The position numbers and the translations under genes were made by a program. This document shows, in pieces, positions 12,065 to 23,500 of a stretch of DNA of 64,000 nt. Location of the stretch: assembly GCA_051362555.1 (NCBI GenBank), contig CM120640.1, positions 2,232,001-2,296,000 of the forward strand, written 5' to 3'. Positions within the stretch are counted from its first letter, which is position 1; each line of letters starts with the position of its first letter. This stretch comes from Lingula anatina. Lineage: Eukaryota > Animalia > Brachiopoda. The notes under the pieces are model-generated. The model had not been told where the DNA came from and did no database searches. It was given only the letters and a program-made list of their open reading frames with translations.

Positions 12065-13482
12065 AAAAGCCTCTATCAGTGCCATCATTCCAAATTGATT
12101 GTATAACGCCACAGACATGCCAAATGATTTTGCACCAGTGTACGACTTTTTCTTGTAATTCATATTGAAAGATGATTAGATATTTTTTCACATGTACCAA
12201 TTTCTTCAGATTTTTTTATGCAGTTTTATAGTTTTTACACCACTTATTGGAGTTCAGTGATTACATTATAAACTTTTATGCAATTTTTTGATCTAGCTCT
12301 AGCACATTGAATCTTTGGAAATTTTTGTAAACAATAACTATCACAGTGATGTATCGTGATTTCTTTTCTTAACATTTTGTTGTAAATGATAATTAGCACA
12401 CACACTGACAATACAGACAGATTGAGTTTATTTACATTGTAATATACATAAAATTCTTGGGAGATAATGAAAATAAAAACTGCCTTGAAATAAAATTTTA
12501 AAAATTTAACAGCATTGTGACTCATTTCCTTTCCTTGCTCTATTTGAGTAACGGTGCAGCAGTAGCCAATGTCTTTGTATGTACAATTTGTGCCTCGGGT
12601 ATACCATGGTGAAGTCGAAAACTCGCTTGTTAAGTGAGTAAAGTGCAATTTAAAAATACTGCAATTTGGCTTCTTAATGGGATAAGAACTCTTCACTTTG
12701 GCAGGAAAAGTGGCATAATACATATTTTCATAGGGAAAATGCTTTTCTAATACTTTCTAATGGTTAATAAATCTGTTCCGACAATAGGTTAGTCCTTTGG
12801 GTTTTTTCAAGCACATCTTTTGAAATTTAATATTATAAGAGATTACTAAGGAGGGTAGCCATTTATGAAGGTCCATGCGATCCTATGACGTACAGATTTC
12901 AGAAAAATTGACTACAGACGTTTTGGTAAAATGGAATTCATTAAATTTCTATGCATTGTTTACAGCCAGCATTAGAAATTGACACTGGACCGTCTGCACG
13001 GGGCTGAGAAGTTTTCCCACCCGCCAGACAATTGAGCCAGCTACTTTTCAAGAAGGCTGAACTTTCAGTCCAGCAACTAATTTTCTTAAGAGGCAAACAC
13101 TGTTTACAGTGTATATAATGTGGAATTTTAAGTCTCACAAATAGTTGTTAACCCTTTAACAACTGTTGTATGAAGCCTCAAAATGAAAAGAATGAAAAAA
13201 AATCCATTTGTAAGCAGACATGGCTTCAATGGGGATACACATAACAAGGCTTAGGGTAAGTAAAGATGTTTGATGAACACATAATATCCCCTTTTATGCT
13301 TAGATTGTTCTCCACAACTTGTTAGAAGGCTTATGAATATATTAAAATTAACACTTCATTTCATTTCATATTAATTTAAATAACATGTCTGATATTAAAA
13401 CAAACAAAAAAAATCATTGAATGATGTCTTCCATCCTTTGGCCACTATCAAATTCTTCATCTTTCCACTGGCAGCAAATATT

Positions 13483-16400
13483 TCACTGATGTACTTTAAT
13501 GTTGGAGTGTAATGGCTTTGATACTCTGATATTTCTGGACAGGCCAAGTCTCAATCCTGTCGGAGATATCATACCATTGCCACAGGTAGATGCAGAGGGT
13601 GAAGTTCCAGACTTCAATAATGCTAAAAGAGAAGAAAAACAAGCATCAGTATTACCTGTATTTCTTTTTAAAGGGCATGCCACCTTCTGGGTCAATAAAA
13701 TGAATAAAATGATTATTTCTAGCCACTTAGAGTTATTATGTTTTTGTTTTTTGATCAAATTTGGCCTTTGTGGTTTACAGGAGATCCAAGACGGTTATCA
13801 ACCAGATAGTGACACGACAGGTACAAGTGTAGATCTCTGCCCACAGCAGAGCATTTAATGCAAATTATTTATTTCAAAACCTCAAAGTGTGATGCTTCCA
13901 TTTAATTAAGCATAAATAAAAACATGTAGTCTGTATATTTTGACTACTGTATAGAAATCAAATAGTCTTATTTGGATAAGAGCAAAGCGTGCATACCTGG
14001 AGGCTTCCACTTTGGCGCTCCAACTCCTGGACTTGATAATGAAGATCTTGAAACTGCTGAAGGTGTCCTTGAAACTGCTAATGGTGCTCTTGTTACTGAT
14101 GGTGAAGCTATTGTTCCAGCTGCCTTTTTGGTTGTTATCTTTGATGCACATTTTCTGTTGGTAGCTGAGACTTCTTTAGATTTTAATTTTGCACTGTCTG
14201 AAGTAAAAAATATAAAAGATTATTGATACTAACTTGATTCTTAACAGTTAAAGAAAAAATCTAGCATTTTAAAAAATGAAGCCTTCTCTGTCCAAAGACA
14301 ATAATATTCTGTTTTGACATGAGTACAAGTTTTATCTTACCTTTTCCCTGCTTTTGTGTTTCTTTCTTTGGGGTTTTTCCCTTTTTTCCTTTTGTAACTT
14401 TGGTTTTCTCTATTTCATAGTCGCTATCTTCCTCATCTTCCATGTCAAAATCTTCATCTTCCTCATCCTCAGATTCTTTACCTTTAGATAAACAATACAC
14501 CATAAACATTTAACCCTTCAAATACACAGTTCAATCTAAGAGGCAAGTTAAACTATAAACTTAGATCAGAATGAATTTGGTACTTTTTATAATTAATGTA
14601 TGGTAAACAAAAAGAAAAAAACATGACATTAGCAATAAATCCAAATTTTCCATTATTACATGTAGTATCTTCTGGTTCAATAACATGTTATATGTGAAAA
14701 AATGAATTTACCTTTTAATTCCTTATCTATACTGAAGTCATCATCACAATCAGTAACAACTCCCTTCTGTTTTGAAGTCTCATCTTCCTGATCCTCCTCC
14801 TCCTCCTCCTCATCATCACTCATCAGCTTCCGCTTCTTGTTGGCATCAGCGGCAGCTTTCCTCTTTGCTCTTGGCTTGGTGTCATCATCTTTAATCTCTA
14901 CAGATCCCAGCTCTTCTATAGCATCAAGGTCCGGCATCTGTGCTGCATCTTGAAGAAAACATGGGAGATTCAATTAAAACAGAAAACAGATTCAATAAAT
15001 TCATTGCCAATAATAACTTTATCAAAAAAAAAAAAAAAACTCGCTTATTTAATGGACCACCAAAAGAAAAAAACTATGACTTAAACTTTTTCCTGTATAA
15101 GCACTACTGCCTTACAGGGAAAGATAAAGGATTTCTTCATACTTTGCCCTGCATTTTCCTTGTTACATTCTTTCTTGCCTTCATCTTTTGGTATTTGTGT
15201 TGAAGTTTCAAGGGGTGGAGGCAGCTGAGTTTCAGACATGGACAGCTCAAGTGCCAGTTGTAACTCTTTATCAAACACCCTCTCCTCAACTGCCGTTCTT
15301 CTTCAGTAAAAAAAAAAAAGAAATCAAACAATTACTTGTACCTTGGTTAAAACATATGTTGTTTAACATACTTTACCCCTTGTGTAAACTGCAAAATTTA
15401 AGAAAATATGCAAACATGGATTTCTACTCCTGATCATGATGGGACATAGACTTGCCCTTCAAGAAATCGACGGAAAATAGCTCTTTTTCAAATTTGAATG
15501 GGCACTATAGAAAACATATAACAGCTAAAGCTCTCAAATTAGGCACATAGGTGTGATAGCATGTGAAGAATAAGTTCCGTAAATTTCAATCCAAGCAGTT
15601 AAGTACATTTTGAGACAGAATGCTTTAAATGTGCAGCAAACCGTAACGCTAATCCCTTCAAGATCTCGACGAAAACCGGAAGTGCGTCATGACGTCACTC
15701 GCTTGTACTTGGAAAGCTGCTGGGTGATTTTCCGATGAGAAATATTTCGTGGCTTATACAAATGTTCGGAAAATGACCATGCTGATAAAAGAAAATTCAT
15801 TTATCAAAACTGAAGCTACGTAATTACATAGAAAAACATTGTGCATTTCTGACCTCGACTTGTCAGTGTAAACAAAGTGTACTGAACGCATCGCAAGCAA
15901 GCACGTGAATGCCGCGTTTGATACTTTGTATCAGACGCTTCATTTTACTTGACAACACAGTGTTTACGATGGGCATGACAGGAAAAACAGTGCAAAAAAC
16001 ACGCACTTCCGGTTTTCGTCGATTTCTTGAAGGCGTCGATTTCTTGAAGGGCGAGTCTAAGTTTTTTTTTTTTTTTTTTTTTTTTTTTTGGGGGGGGGGG
16101 AAGGGGGTGGTGAAAGGACAAATAAATTATAGAGCAGACAATATTGAGTAGAACAAAATGCTGGTAGGTAATCCTTCTCTAAATATTGAAGTGGATTTAA
16201 AGTCACAGTCTAGAGTTATAATTCTGGCAGGAATCCAAAGCTAAAACTCTACTTAAAATACTTACTTTTTTGACTTCTTTGCACTTGCTTCAATATTCTG
16301 TGTTTTTTTAGGTTTGCTCTCCTTTGTTGAAAGTTTGGTCTTTTTTGAAGGTGGTGGCGTTGGGGTTGCAAAATCATCTAAATATAAATTTTATTCTTTC

Positions 16401-17016
16401 TACAAATCAGTATATATTTCATGTGAGGTTGTAGACAACAAAAAAGCAGCTGCCTCTATTTTGTAATTTGCATCAAGTGAACATCAAAAACTGGAATTAA
16501 TTCAATTTCATCAGAGATATTGGAAAGAAGGTGTTTTATCCTTTTACTAGTAATTACTAACATTATCTGTAATGTCTTTACGTTGCTATAATCACATTAA
16601 ACAAAGCATTCATTTTAAACATGTTGATCTCCAGGTGAATGATATGTATTGACAATAAAATGGTTAATATGAAACAAGTGAAGAATAACAGTTATTACCA
16701 TCACTGCCGCCATCTTCATCCCCAAAGGTTGCATAATCTACCACTTTCTTGGCTCTAACATTAAAGGAAAGAAACAGTATTGAAGAAGTTCCAGTTGGCC
16801 AATAACACATTTTACTATTTCTCACTGCAATTTAGGATAAGAACTTAAATATGAGTTATTCGACATAAATGCAAATAATGGAATGCCAGCTGAGACTGCA
16901 ACTGAAAACGAAGTTGCAATGGCAATGTCAACAACTTATCACCAATATCTGCTCATTGATCCTGAAGTGCAATGATCTATATTTCTCGTTTACCTGGACG
17001 ATTTTCTCTCTGACAT
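13483..17016 (-). CDS. RAD51AP1: RAD51-associated protein 1-like; multi-exon, acidic/basic low complexity
   Basis: N-terminus MSERKSS|RAKKVVDYATFGDEDGGSD|DDF matches the RAD51AP1/NUCKS N-motif. Internal FDKELQLALELS. C-terminal RAD51-binding motif GLRLGLSRNIRVSKPLH. Exons near 16994-17016, 16699-16755, 16267-16377, 15142-15302, 14712-14950, 14341-14482, 13997-14198, 13483-13620 (approximate). Confidence 0.82.
15447..16059. mobile_element. Non-autonomous TIR DNA element in a RAD51AP1 intron, with nested copies of its own TIR
   Basis: Left end TAGACTTGCCCTTCAAGAAATCGACG and right end CGTCGATTTCTTGAAGGGCGAGTCTA (one mismatch). A second inverted pair lies at ~15654-15687 and ~16001-16033. Confidence 0.8.
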
Positions 17017-17363
17017 CCCAGATAAATTCTAAACATCAAATGTATGTAAATCCATGGAGCTGAAACGCAGTGAAATGAAGTCGCAGTGTACCTTTTCCAA
17101 AATTTACAAAGAAATTTCCCTCCAACATGAAAAGTAGTTTTAACAGCACCGATGCTAAATTATTAGGTTCAGGTCAAGAGATGCCAATTGCACGTACTTT
17201 GATAATACTAAATTTTTATGTAAATGTTTAAAATTCATGATGTTAATACTTATTTGTTCAATATTCAATTAGACGCCATGCTTATAAGCTATCTTTTGAA
17301 TAAAACCATCAGCGACCACTTGGCCAGTCTTGGATGCTTTCAGGCAGATAGTAACATGGCCAG
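17017..17363. promoter_or_regulatory. Shared bidirectional promoter region of RAD51AP1 and CBR4
   Basis: The divergent start codons are only ~350 bp apart. Confidence 0.6.
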
Positions 17364-20015
17364 ATGAGCCACAGCAGGGTGTGCGCTGTGTTTGGTGGCA
17401 CCAGGGGAATAGGAAAAGCTATATCAGAAAGATTTCTGCGTGAGGGCTTCAAGGTTGCAGTTTTAGGAAGAAACCCAGAAGCCATTTTAAAATGTATGAA
17501 TAATTAATTTAATTAACATGATTTCAACAGTTATACAATGTGCATTATGGTTTTTTGGTTTACCTTGTATCTATATATGGGCCCAACCCTCAAGGTTTTT
17601 ATAAGCTCTTTATCAACATGGGGTAAAATTGTGCCAGGTCATGTAATAATGAACTGTCACCAAAGCATTTTTTTACTCATGCAATTGAAAATGAACTGAT
17701 TATATATATCCCTGATTGCTTGACTTTCCTAAAAAAACTATATTCCCAAGATTTAAAAATTTTTAATATTGAAATATTAATCATGAATGATAGTGATACA
17801 TATGGGCATATGTGGTGTGTCATTGCAGGTGGCCACAGTGTCTATTAGCAGATTAGATGCCAAGCTTTTTAGTGGGTCACCATACAGGCTCGTAGCTAGG
17901 GGGGGGTTCGGGGGATTCGAAAGAACCACCCTTTTTGCCGGGAAAAGGTCCACTCTGGGTAAAATTTGACCTATGTACTTGAGGATTTTATGGTAAAAGG
18001 TCCACTTTTTCAGAAAACAACCCCCCCCCCCCCTCTGAAATTGCTGGCTACGGGCCTGCCATATTTGGCCCACGGACTAATTTGTCAGCTGTTATGAATG
18101 CAGCCTACGTGTGCTATTTTCTTAGCTGGATCAACTAAAAGGATATCCAGTAGCAGGTGGAAATTAATTTTTGTGAGTAAGCAAAACTATATAAAATTTA
18201 TTTACAAGTACACTGTATATGTAACTCATTTTAGATCAGGAGAAGAATGTGAATGAGGATAGAATCTTGGCTTTACATTGCGATGTCACATCAAGCACGT
18301 CAGTGGAAGATTCCGTCCAATCCATCCTGGTCAAGTACGGACACATCAGTGTCCTGGTCAACTGTGCTGGGGTCAATAGGGACGGACTGCTGCTGAGAAC
18401 TTCAATGACAGACATCAATGAACAGATCAATACAAATCTGACTGGTACCATATTAACATGTCAGGCTGTGGTGAGGCATATGATCCAGAACAAGAGTGGC
18501 AGCATCATTAACATAGGTTAGGAAAGGAAAGGTGTGAGGATCGAGTTGAAGAGGCTGGAACACTTAAGGGCTCTTCCCAATGAATCTATTAATATTCCTC
18601 ATAGATTTATCCAGATCTGGGGGGACTCTTGCTGAATGCAATCAGATTAACTAAATGACATGCCTCTTGTTTGTAATGTACTCTTATAATTTTCAGATTT
18701 TTTGTAACCTACTCAACACCAAGTGGAGGCATGTCATGTACAGTACTTTTGTCCTTGGTATCTGTACTGTGTTGTTATTTGCAAAATGATGCCAAAATTG
18801 GTGACTTGAACCAGAACCAATTCTGGCTTCATGTGAGTAAAAGGTTTAATTTTGATCTTACTAATGTTTGGAAAGGGGTGAAGTGTGTTCTTTATAATAA
18901 TTTGTCACATATTTATTTATTTTTTTTTTTTAATTTTTCTTTCAAGGTAGCACAGTTGGACTGAAAGGCAACCAAGGGCAGTGTGTGTATAGTGCAACAA
19001 AGGCAGGGTTGGTTGGATTCACAAAATCTTTGGCCAAAGAAGTAGCATCAAGAGGGATAACAGTTAACTTGATTGCTCCTGGTTTGTAGAAAATGTCTTT
19101 ATTTTGGGGAAAGCTAACATAAGAAGATCATTTTTAAGACAAGTAATATGTTTGCCATGTAAAATCCTATTTTTTTGGCACGTGAATATTCAGTACTGGC
19201 AGTAGAGGTAGCATGGACAGCCAGCCAACAGTGCTTAACATGTACTGTAACACCAAAAGCTGAATGAATTATTATTAGTAGTATAAAGCCTCTGCAAAAT
19301 GCAATGAAGCAAAATTTAAATTTACACTCATTGTTTAATTTCATTACAAACTTGTATGATGTACATGTACCAAACTTTCTAGAAAATTGCATCTCATTTT
19401 CTGTATGAAGTGGTACTTTTGGGAAAAAATGCAAACAACTCTTTCAACCAAAGAAGTATGCTTTTTCTGCTAAGCATGATGTTTTTATCCATAGGTTTTA
19501 TAGAAACTGATATGACAGCCACGATGTCCTCACATCAGCTAGATACAGTCATCAAGAGGATTCCCCTGAAGAAGTTGGGCCAGCCACAGGAAGTGGCAGA
19601 GGTAGCAATGTACTTAGCAGGTGCTTCCTATATAACTGGTCAGGTAGGTAGAGAAAACCAGGAACACAAAGAAAATGAGTTCAGTATGTTTGCAGTGCCA
19701 GAAATAAGTTTACTTGATATTTCATATTCTACACATTAGTTAATGATTAACAGTATATTTAGTTTCTCATTATTTACCGATGATGTCATACCGTTACAAA
19801 TAATCCAGAAAAGTATAGAAAAAATTCAAGAAATGTGAAAAAATTTATTTTTCAAATAAAATAATTATGTTAAGATAAAAAAATTACATTATGTTTGAAA
19901 TTTAAAAATTATTTGACTATGATATTTTGATTGCAGTTATAATAGAGACCATATTGATATTTCTCTCCTCCAGGTTTTGTGTGTAGATGGTGGATTGGGT
20001 ATTAGTATCCCATGA
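17364..20015 (+). CDS. CBR4: Carbonyl reductase 4 / 3-oxoacyl-ACP reductase (SDR family); 5 exons
   Basis: [19 protein letters not shown] (Rossmann fold), [43 protein letters not shown] (YxxxK), [26 protein letters not shown]. Exons at ~17364-17493, 18235-18517, 18947-19081, 19495-19643, 19974-20015. Confidence 0.88.
17885..18058. mobile_element. MITE in CBR4 intron 1
   Basis: TIRs CAGGCTCGTAGCTAG and CTGGCTACGGGCCTG, subterminal G and C runs, and a flanking 5-bp direct repeat CCATA. Confidence 0.8.
18567..18730. mobile_element. Partial copy of a palindromic MITE family (related to 20280-20535)
   Basis: Shares GGGGGACTCTTGCTGAATGCAAT and TACTCAACACCA with 20280-20535. Confidence 0.6.
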
Positions 20016-20279
20016 ACAACATTTTAAAATAAAATAGTAAGTGTTTTTTTTTTTTATGATAAAAAGTCAATTAATGGGTATAGGTTAAAAGAGGAGTGTT
20101 GGTATTTACATACTTGAGCTGAATACTTGACATTTTTTTAAATTACAAAGACTCAGATCACATCTTTCATAAAATATGAACATTTAAACAGGGACATTAG
20201 TCAAGTTAAAAACAGATCACGTTTCACCCTGATTGATAATTTTTTCCCTGCGTGAAGTGCAAGGTCACTTGAGTAATAG

Positions 20280-20535
20280 TGCCCATTCTCAATGAAACTA
20301 TTGTTCTACACAAATCAATCTAACTGTGGGGGGACTCTTGCTGAATGCAATTAGTTTTACAGATTAACATGGCTCCAGTTGTTTCCAAGATATTTGCTTA
20401 ACCACCAGCTTTTCTGTATACTCAACACCAGGAGCTAGGAGGCGTGTTAATCTGTTAACCTGATTGTATTCAGTGAGAGTCCCTGTGGAGTTTGATTGAT
20501 CAGTGTAGAATGATAGTTTCATTGGAAATGATCCC
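20280..20535. mobile_element. Palindromic MITE between the convergent 3' ends of CBR4 and the unknown gene
   Basis: Arms CCCATTCTCAATGAAACTATTGTTCTACAC and GTGTAGAATGATAGTTTCATTGGAAATG. Inner pair GGGACTCTTGCTGAATGCAATTAG and CTGATTGTATTCAGTGAGAGTCCC. Confidence 0.75.
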
Positions 20536-20553
20536 ATAGAAATAGATACCACG

Positions 20554-23500
20554 TCACTTTCCCTGGGAAATATTCTTCCATGCAGACATCACTTTGTGTG
20601 AGTGGATTGCATTGGATGTCCACAAGATGGCGTTACCAGTAGCCAAATGTCCAGACCCTGCCTTTCTAGCGGCAGCGACTGCAGTCTGATTAGAAAAGTG
20701 TGCCTTGGATTTACTTTGGGCAGCTCGGATCCTCTGTAACAAACTGGACTTCCCTGGCACAAACACTTCAGAGTTCACATTCAGCAACTGCAGATGATTG
20801 CGTCCCGTTTCTGCGGGGTGGTTATTGGGTGTGAGCATAGAGGCCGTGTTTTCTAACTTTTCAATAGCCTCTTGAGTCTTGCTGTCCACCACAGATGGAG
20901 TGGCATGGAGACTGGGAGTTGCCCTTTCTGAAGCAAGCTCCACTCCTCCACAGCTGTGGTCCATCCTGATGACAGGGCTGCCAGAAGTACTCCCAGAGTC
21001 CAGAGGTTTTGTCGTCTTTGTCCTGCTGCTGGGGCTGCTAAGGGTGTTGGAGACCTGATTGAGTGAGACGGGCTTCTGTAGGGGGTTGTTCTGGCCCTGA
21101 TGAGCCACCGCTGACTGGAACAGGTCCTCCACCTTGATCTGCACCAGGTTGTTTGGGTTGATTCCCTGGGGACGGACGGCCAGCAGGTGCCTGTCTCCAG
21201 TGTCCTTCATGGAGGCGTAAGTGGCCAGCTTTTGATTCTGAAGGTAGACAGGGTGAATGGTTCTTGTGGGGACAGGGTAGCTCTTCTTCTGTTGTATTCT
21301 GTCCCAAGTCTGCCAGGACTGAGAGGGCACTGGTTGCTGGTAAGGGGTTGGCTCCCCCATCTGTCCCTGGTGTACCTGCTGGATGCTGTAGGTCTGAGGG
21401 AGGCCACCAGGGGGCAGCTTGCTCACAGGGTGCTGGAAGATTTGAGCCTGGATCTGCTGCTGGCTGCTAGCTTGACCCCCTCCTGTTCCTGGCACATGAT
21501 ACTGCTTTTGCCACTGCTGCCACACCTGCCCCCCTGCCAGGCCCAGGTGTGCCACAGGGGGCGCCAGCTGGTTCTGCTGCCATGTCTGCACTTGGGGGGC
21601 TGGGTCCTGGGCAACACTGTACTTGGGTTGACAAAACTGGACAGAGGCAGTCTGATGATGATGCTGATGAGGATGGTGATGTCCACTGTTGTATGGTACA
21701 GTGGCCACCTGGTTTTGTTGTTGGAGCCATTGTTTGCCGCTGTCCTGCAAACCTTGAGTCCAGTGTGCACCAGGCACTTGGCTCGTAGTTGAAAATCCAG
21801 GAGACAGCCGGTTAGGATAGGAGGACTGTGGTCGGCCTGTGGCATTGATATAAGTCCATGTCTGATGACACTGGGTATGCCAGCCTGAAGGTGGGTAGTC
21901 TCCTGACCTCTGCACCTGAAAGGTAACATAAATTCTTAGGCTCTATTCCCATAGGTTTTAGATCGATCTATCCCCGCGGGGAGCCTCACTAGATTACTTT
22001 CAGATAATCCGACTTAAATGTCCGTCCCGCCTACAACAAGCTGTAAGGAGGTAATTAACTTTCGTGTCCGTCCGGCTGACAGCTATTTAGCGTGAACCCC
22101 CAGGGAGTTAGGTCGATCTAAAGTAGGTCGATCTAATCTATGGAAATGGGGTGTAAGACATTTATAGTAGATGTGTTTCACAATCTTTAAGCTCCCAAAA
22201 ACTGGGATCAGGGGGAGGGATCTCTCTTTATTATAAGCAGCAGTTTTAAAAACCCAGAAAATGCTCCATCTGGTACCTGGGCAATGTGTTTTCTGGGAAC
22301 CTCTTGTCTGTTTGTAGTCTGAACTGGAATAGGTTGACCCACAAGCTCAGTGGCATCTTTGATCCCTTTTGTTGTTATCAGCCTTAAAAGAGACAGAAAT
22401 AAGTGATGTTCTATACGTTGATATAACAGCAGCATTTCAGTCTTTGCCCATATTCATGTAGATGTGATATAATATTATATGCGCAAGTATATGTTACTTG
22501 GTCTTCATAGAAAAATCAGTTTGTTGTGACATTGAAATTGATGTTTGACCAAAACAGTTAAAAAGTATTCGAACTCCATATTTACTTTGTTTTTCTACTG
22601 AATTTGACAATTTATCCCTTGAACCAACCTGCTTGGGCTTGTGTACAGTGCAGAGTCAGACGGACATGGCTTTATGGGCAGTCTTCTTCTGACATCAGTA
22701 TCTGTTTTGTAGTCCTCATTCTGTTGTTGTTCTCTTTTACTGTCAGGCACACTAGGAGAGCAAAGAAAATGTGAATTGTTTGAATTGATTTATAAAAGTT
22801 TACAATTTAGATTTTTCTTAAATGATCATATTTACACTTTGGACATCATCATCATCATCATCATCAGGTCGGTGCCAGCACATGATGCCAGACATTTTTT
22901 ACACTCATAAAAATGTTGTATGAATGTAATTTTATTATTTTGTTACCTTTCAGCAAGGTGGCTCAGCTCTGGCTGAGAGGTGCATTTCTTTTGTGAAACA
23001 GAGGCAGCCTCTTCCTGGTGTCCATCATCTGTAGAGTTTATATCTTCTTCTGTGTTCGATGGAACTGACGGGTTATCAACTTCAATACTCTCTTGACTAT
23101 CTTGGGACTCCATTTCAAAAGAAGATACAGACATGTCGGTAATATCCTCAAATAAATCCTTTTCATGTATCTCAGACCAAATTTCCTTCAGGTACTGGTC
23201 TATATCTTCAGAGTCAGTTGTTGTAGTTCTTCCTGAGCCACCTCGAGCAGAAGCAGGAGCAACCGCGTCAGTAGTTTCCACCTTGGGTCTCGTCACAGGT
23301 GTTAAGTCAAGTTGATCCAGAGGATCTAATCTTTTGGACCACTTTGTAGAAACTGGGCATGAAATTGGCTCAAGTTTGCCTGTCCTTGGCACATTGCAGT
23401 TGCCTGTCCATATTGACTGAATTTTATCAGCCAGAACTCTCTCTATCAGCTCCATCTCTTCTTTATCTTCTGTGTTGATAATCACTGGAAATTTTGGCGT

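Noticed and set aside
12244-12723. 159-aa ORF on the - strand
   Set aside because: AT-rich, no recognisable motifs, and located between convergent 3' ends; probably a chance ORF.
11036-20015. Lipid-biosynthesis gene cluster (methyltransferase + CBR4, with a lipogenic bHLH 40 kb away)
   Set aside because: RAD51AP1 lies between them, CBR4 is a universal housekeeping gene, and nothing in the sequence shows co-regulation.
21038-21929. Multiple overlapping ORFs, including a 201-aa + strand ORF
   Set aside because: Shadow frames of the GC-rich, Q-rich coding exon on the - strand.
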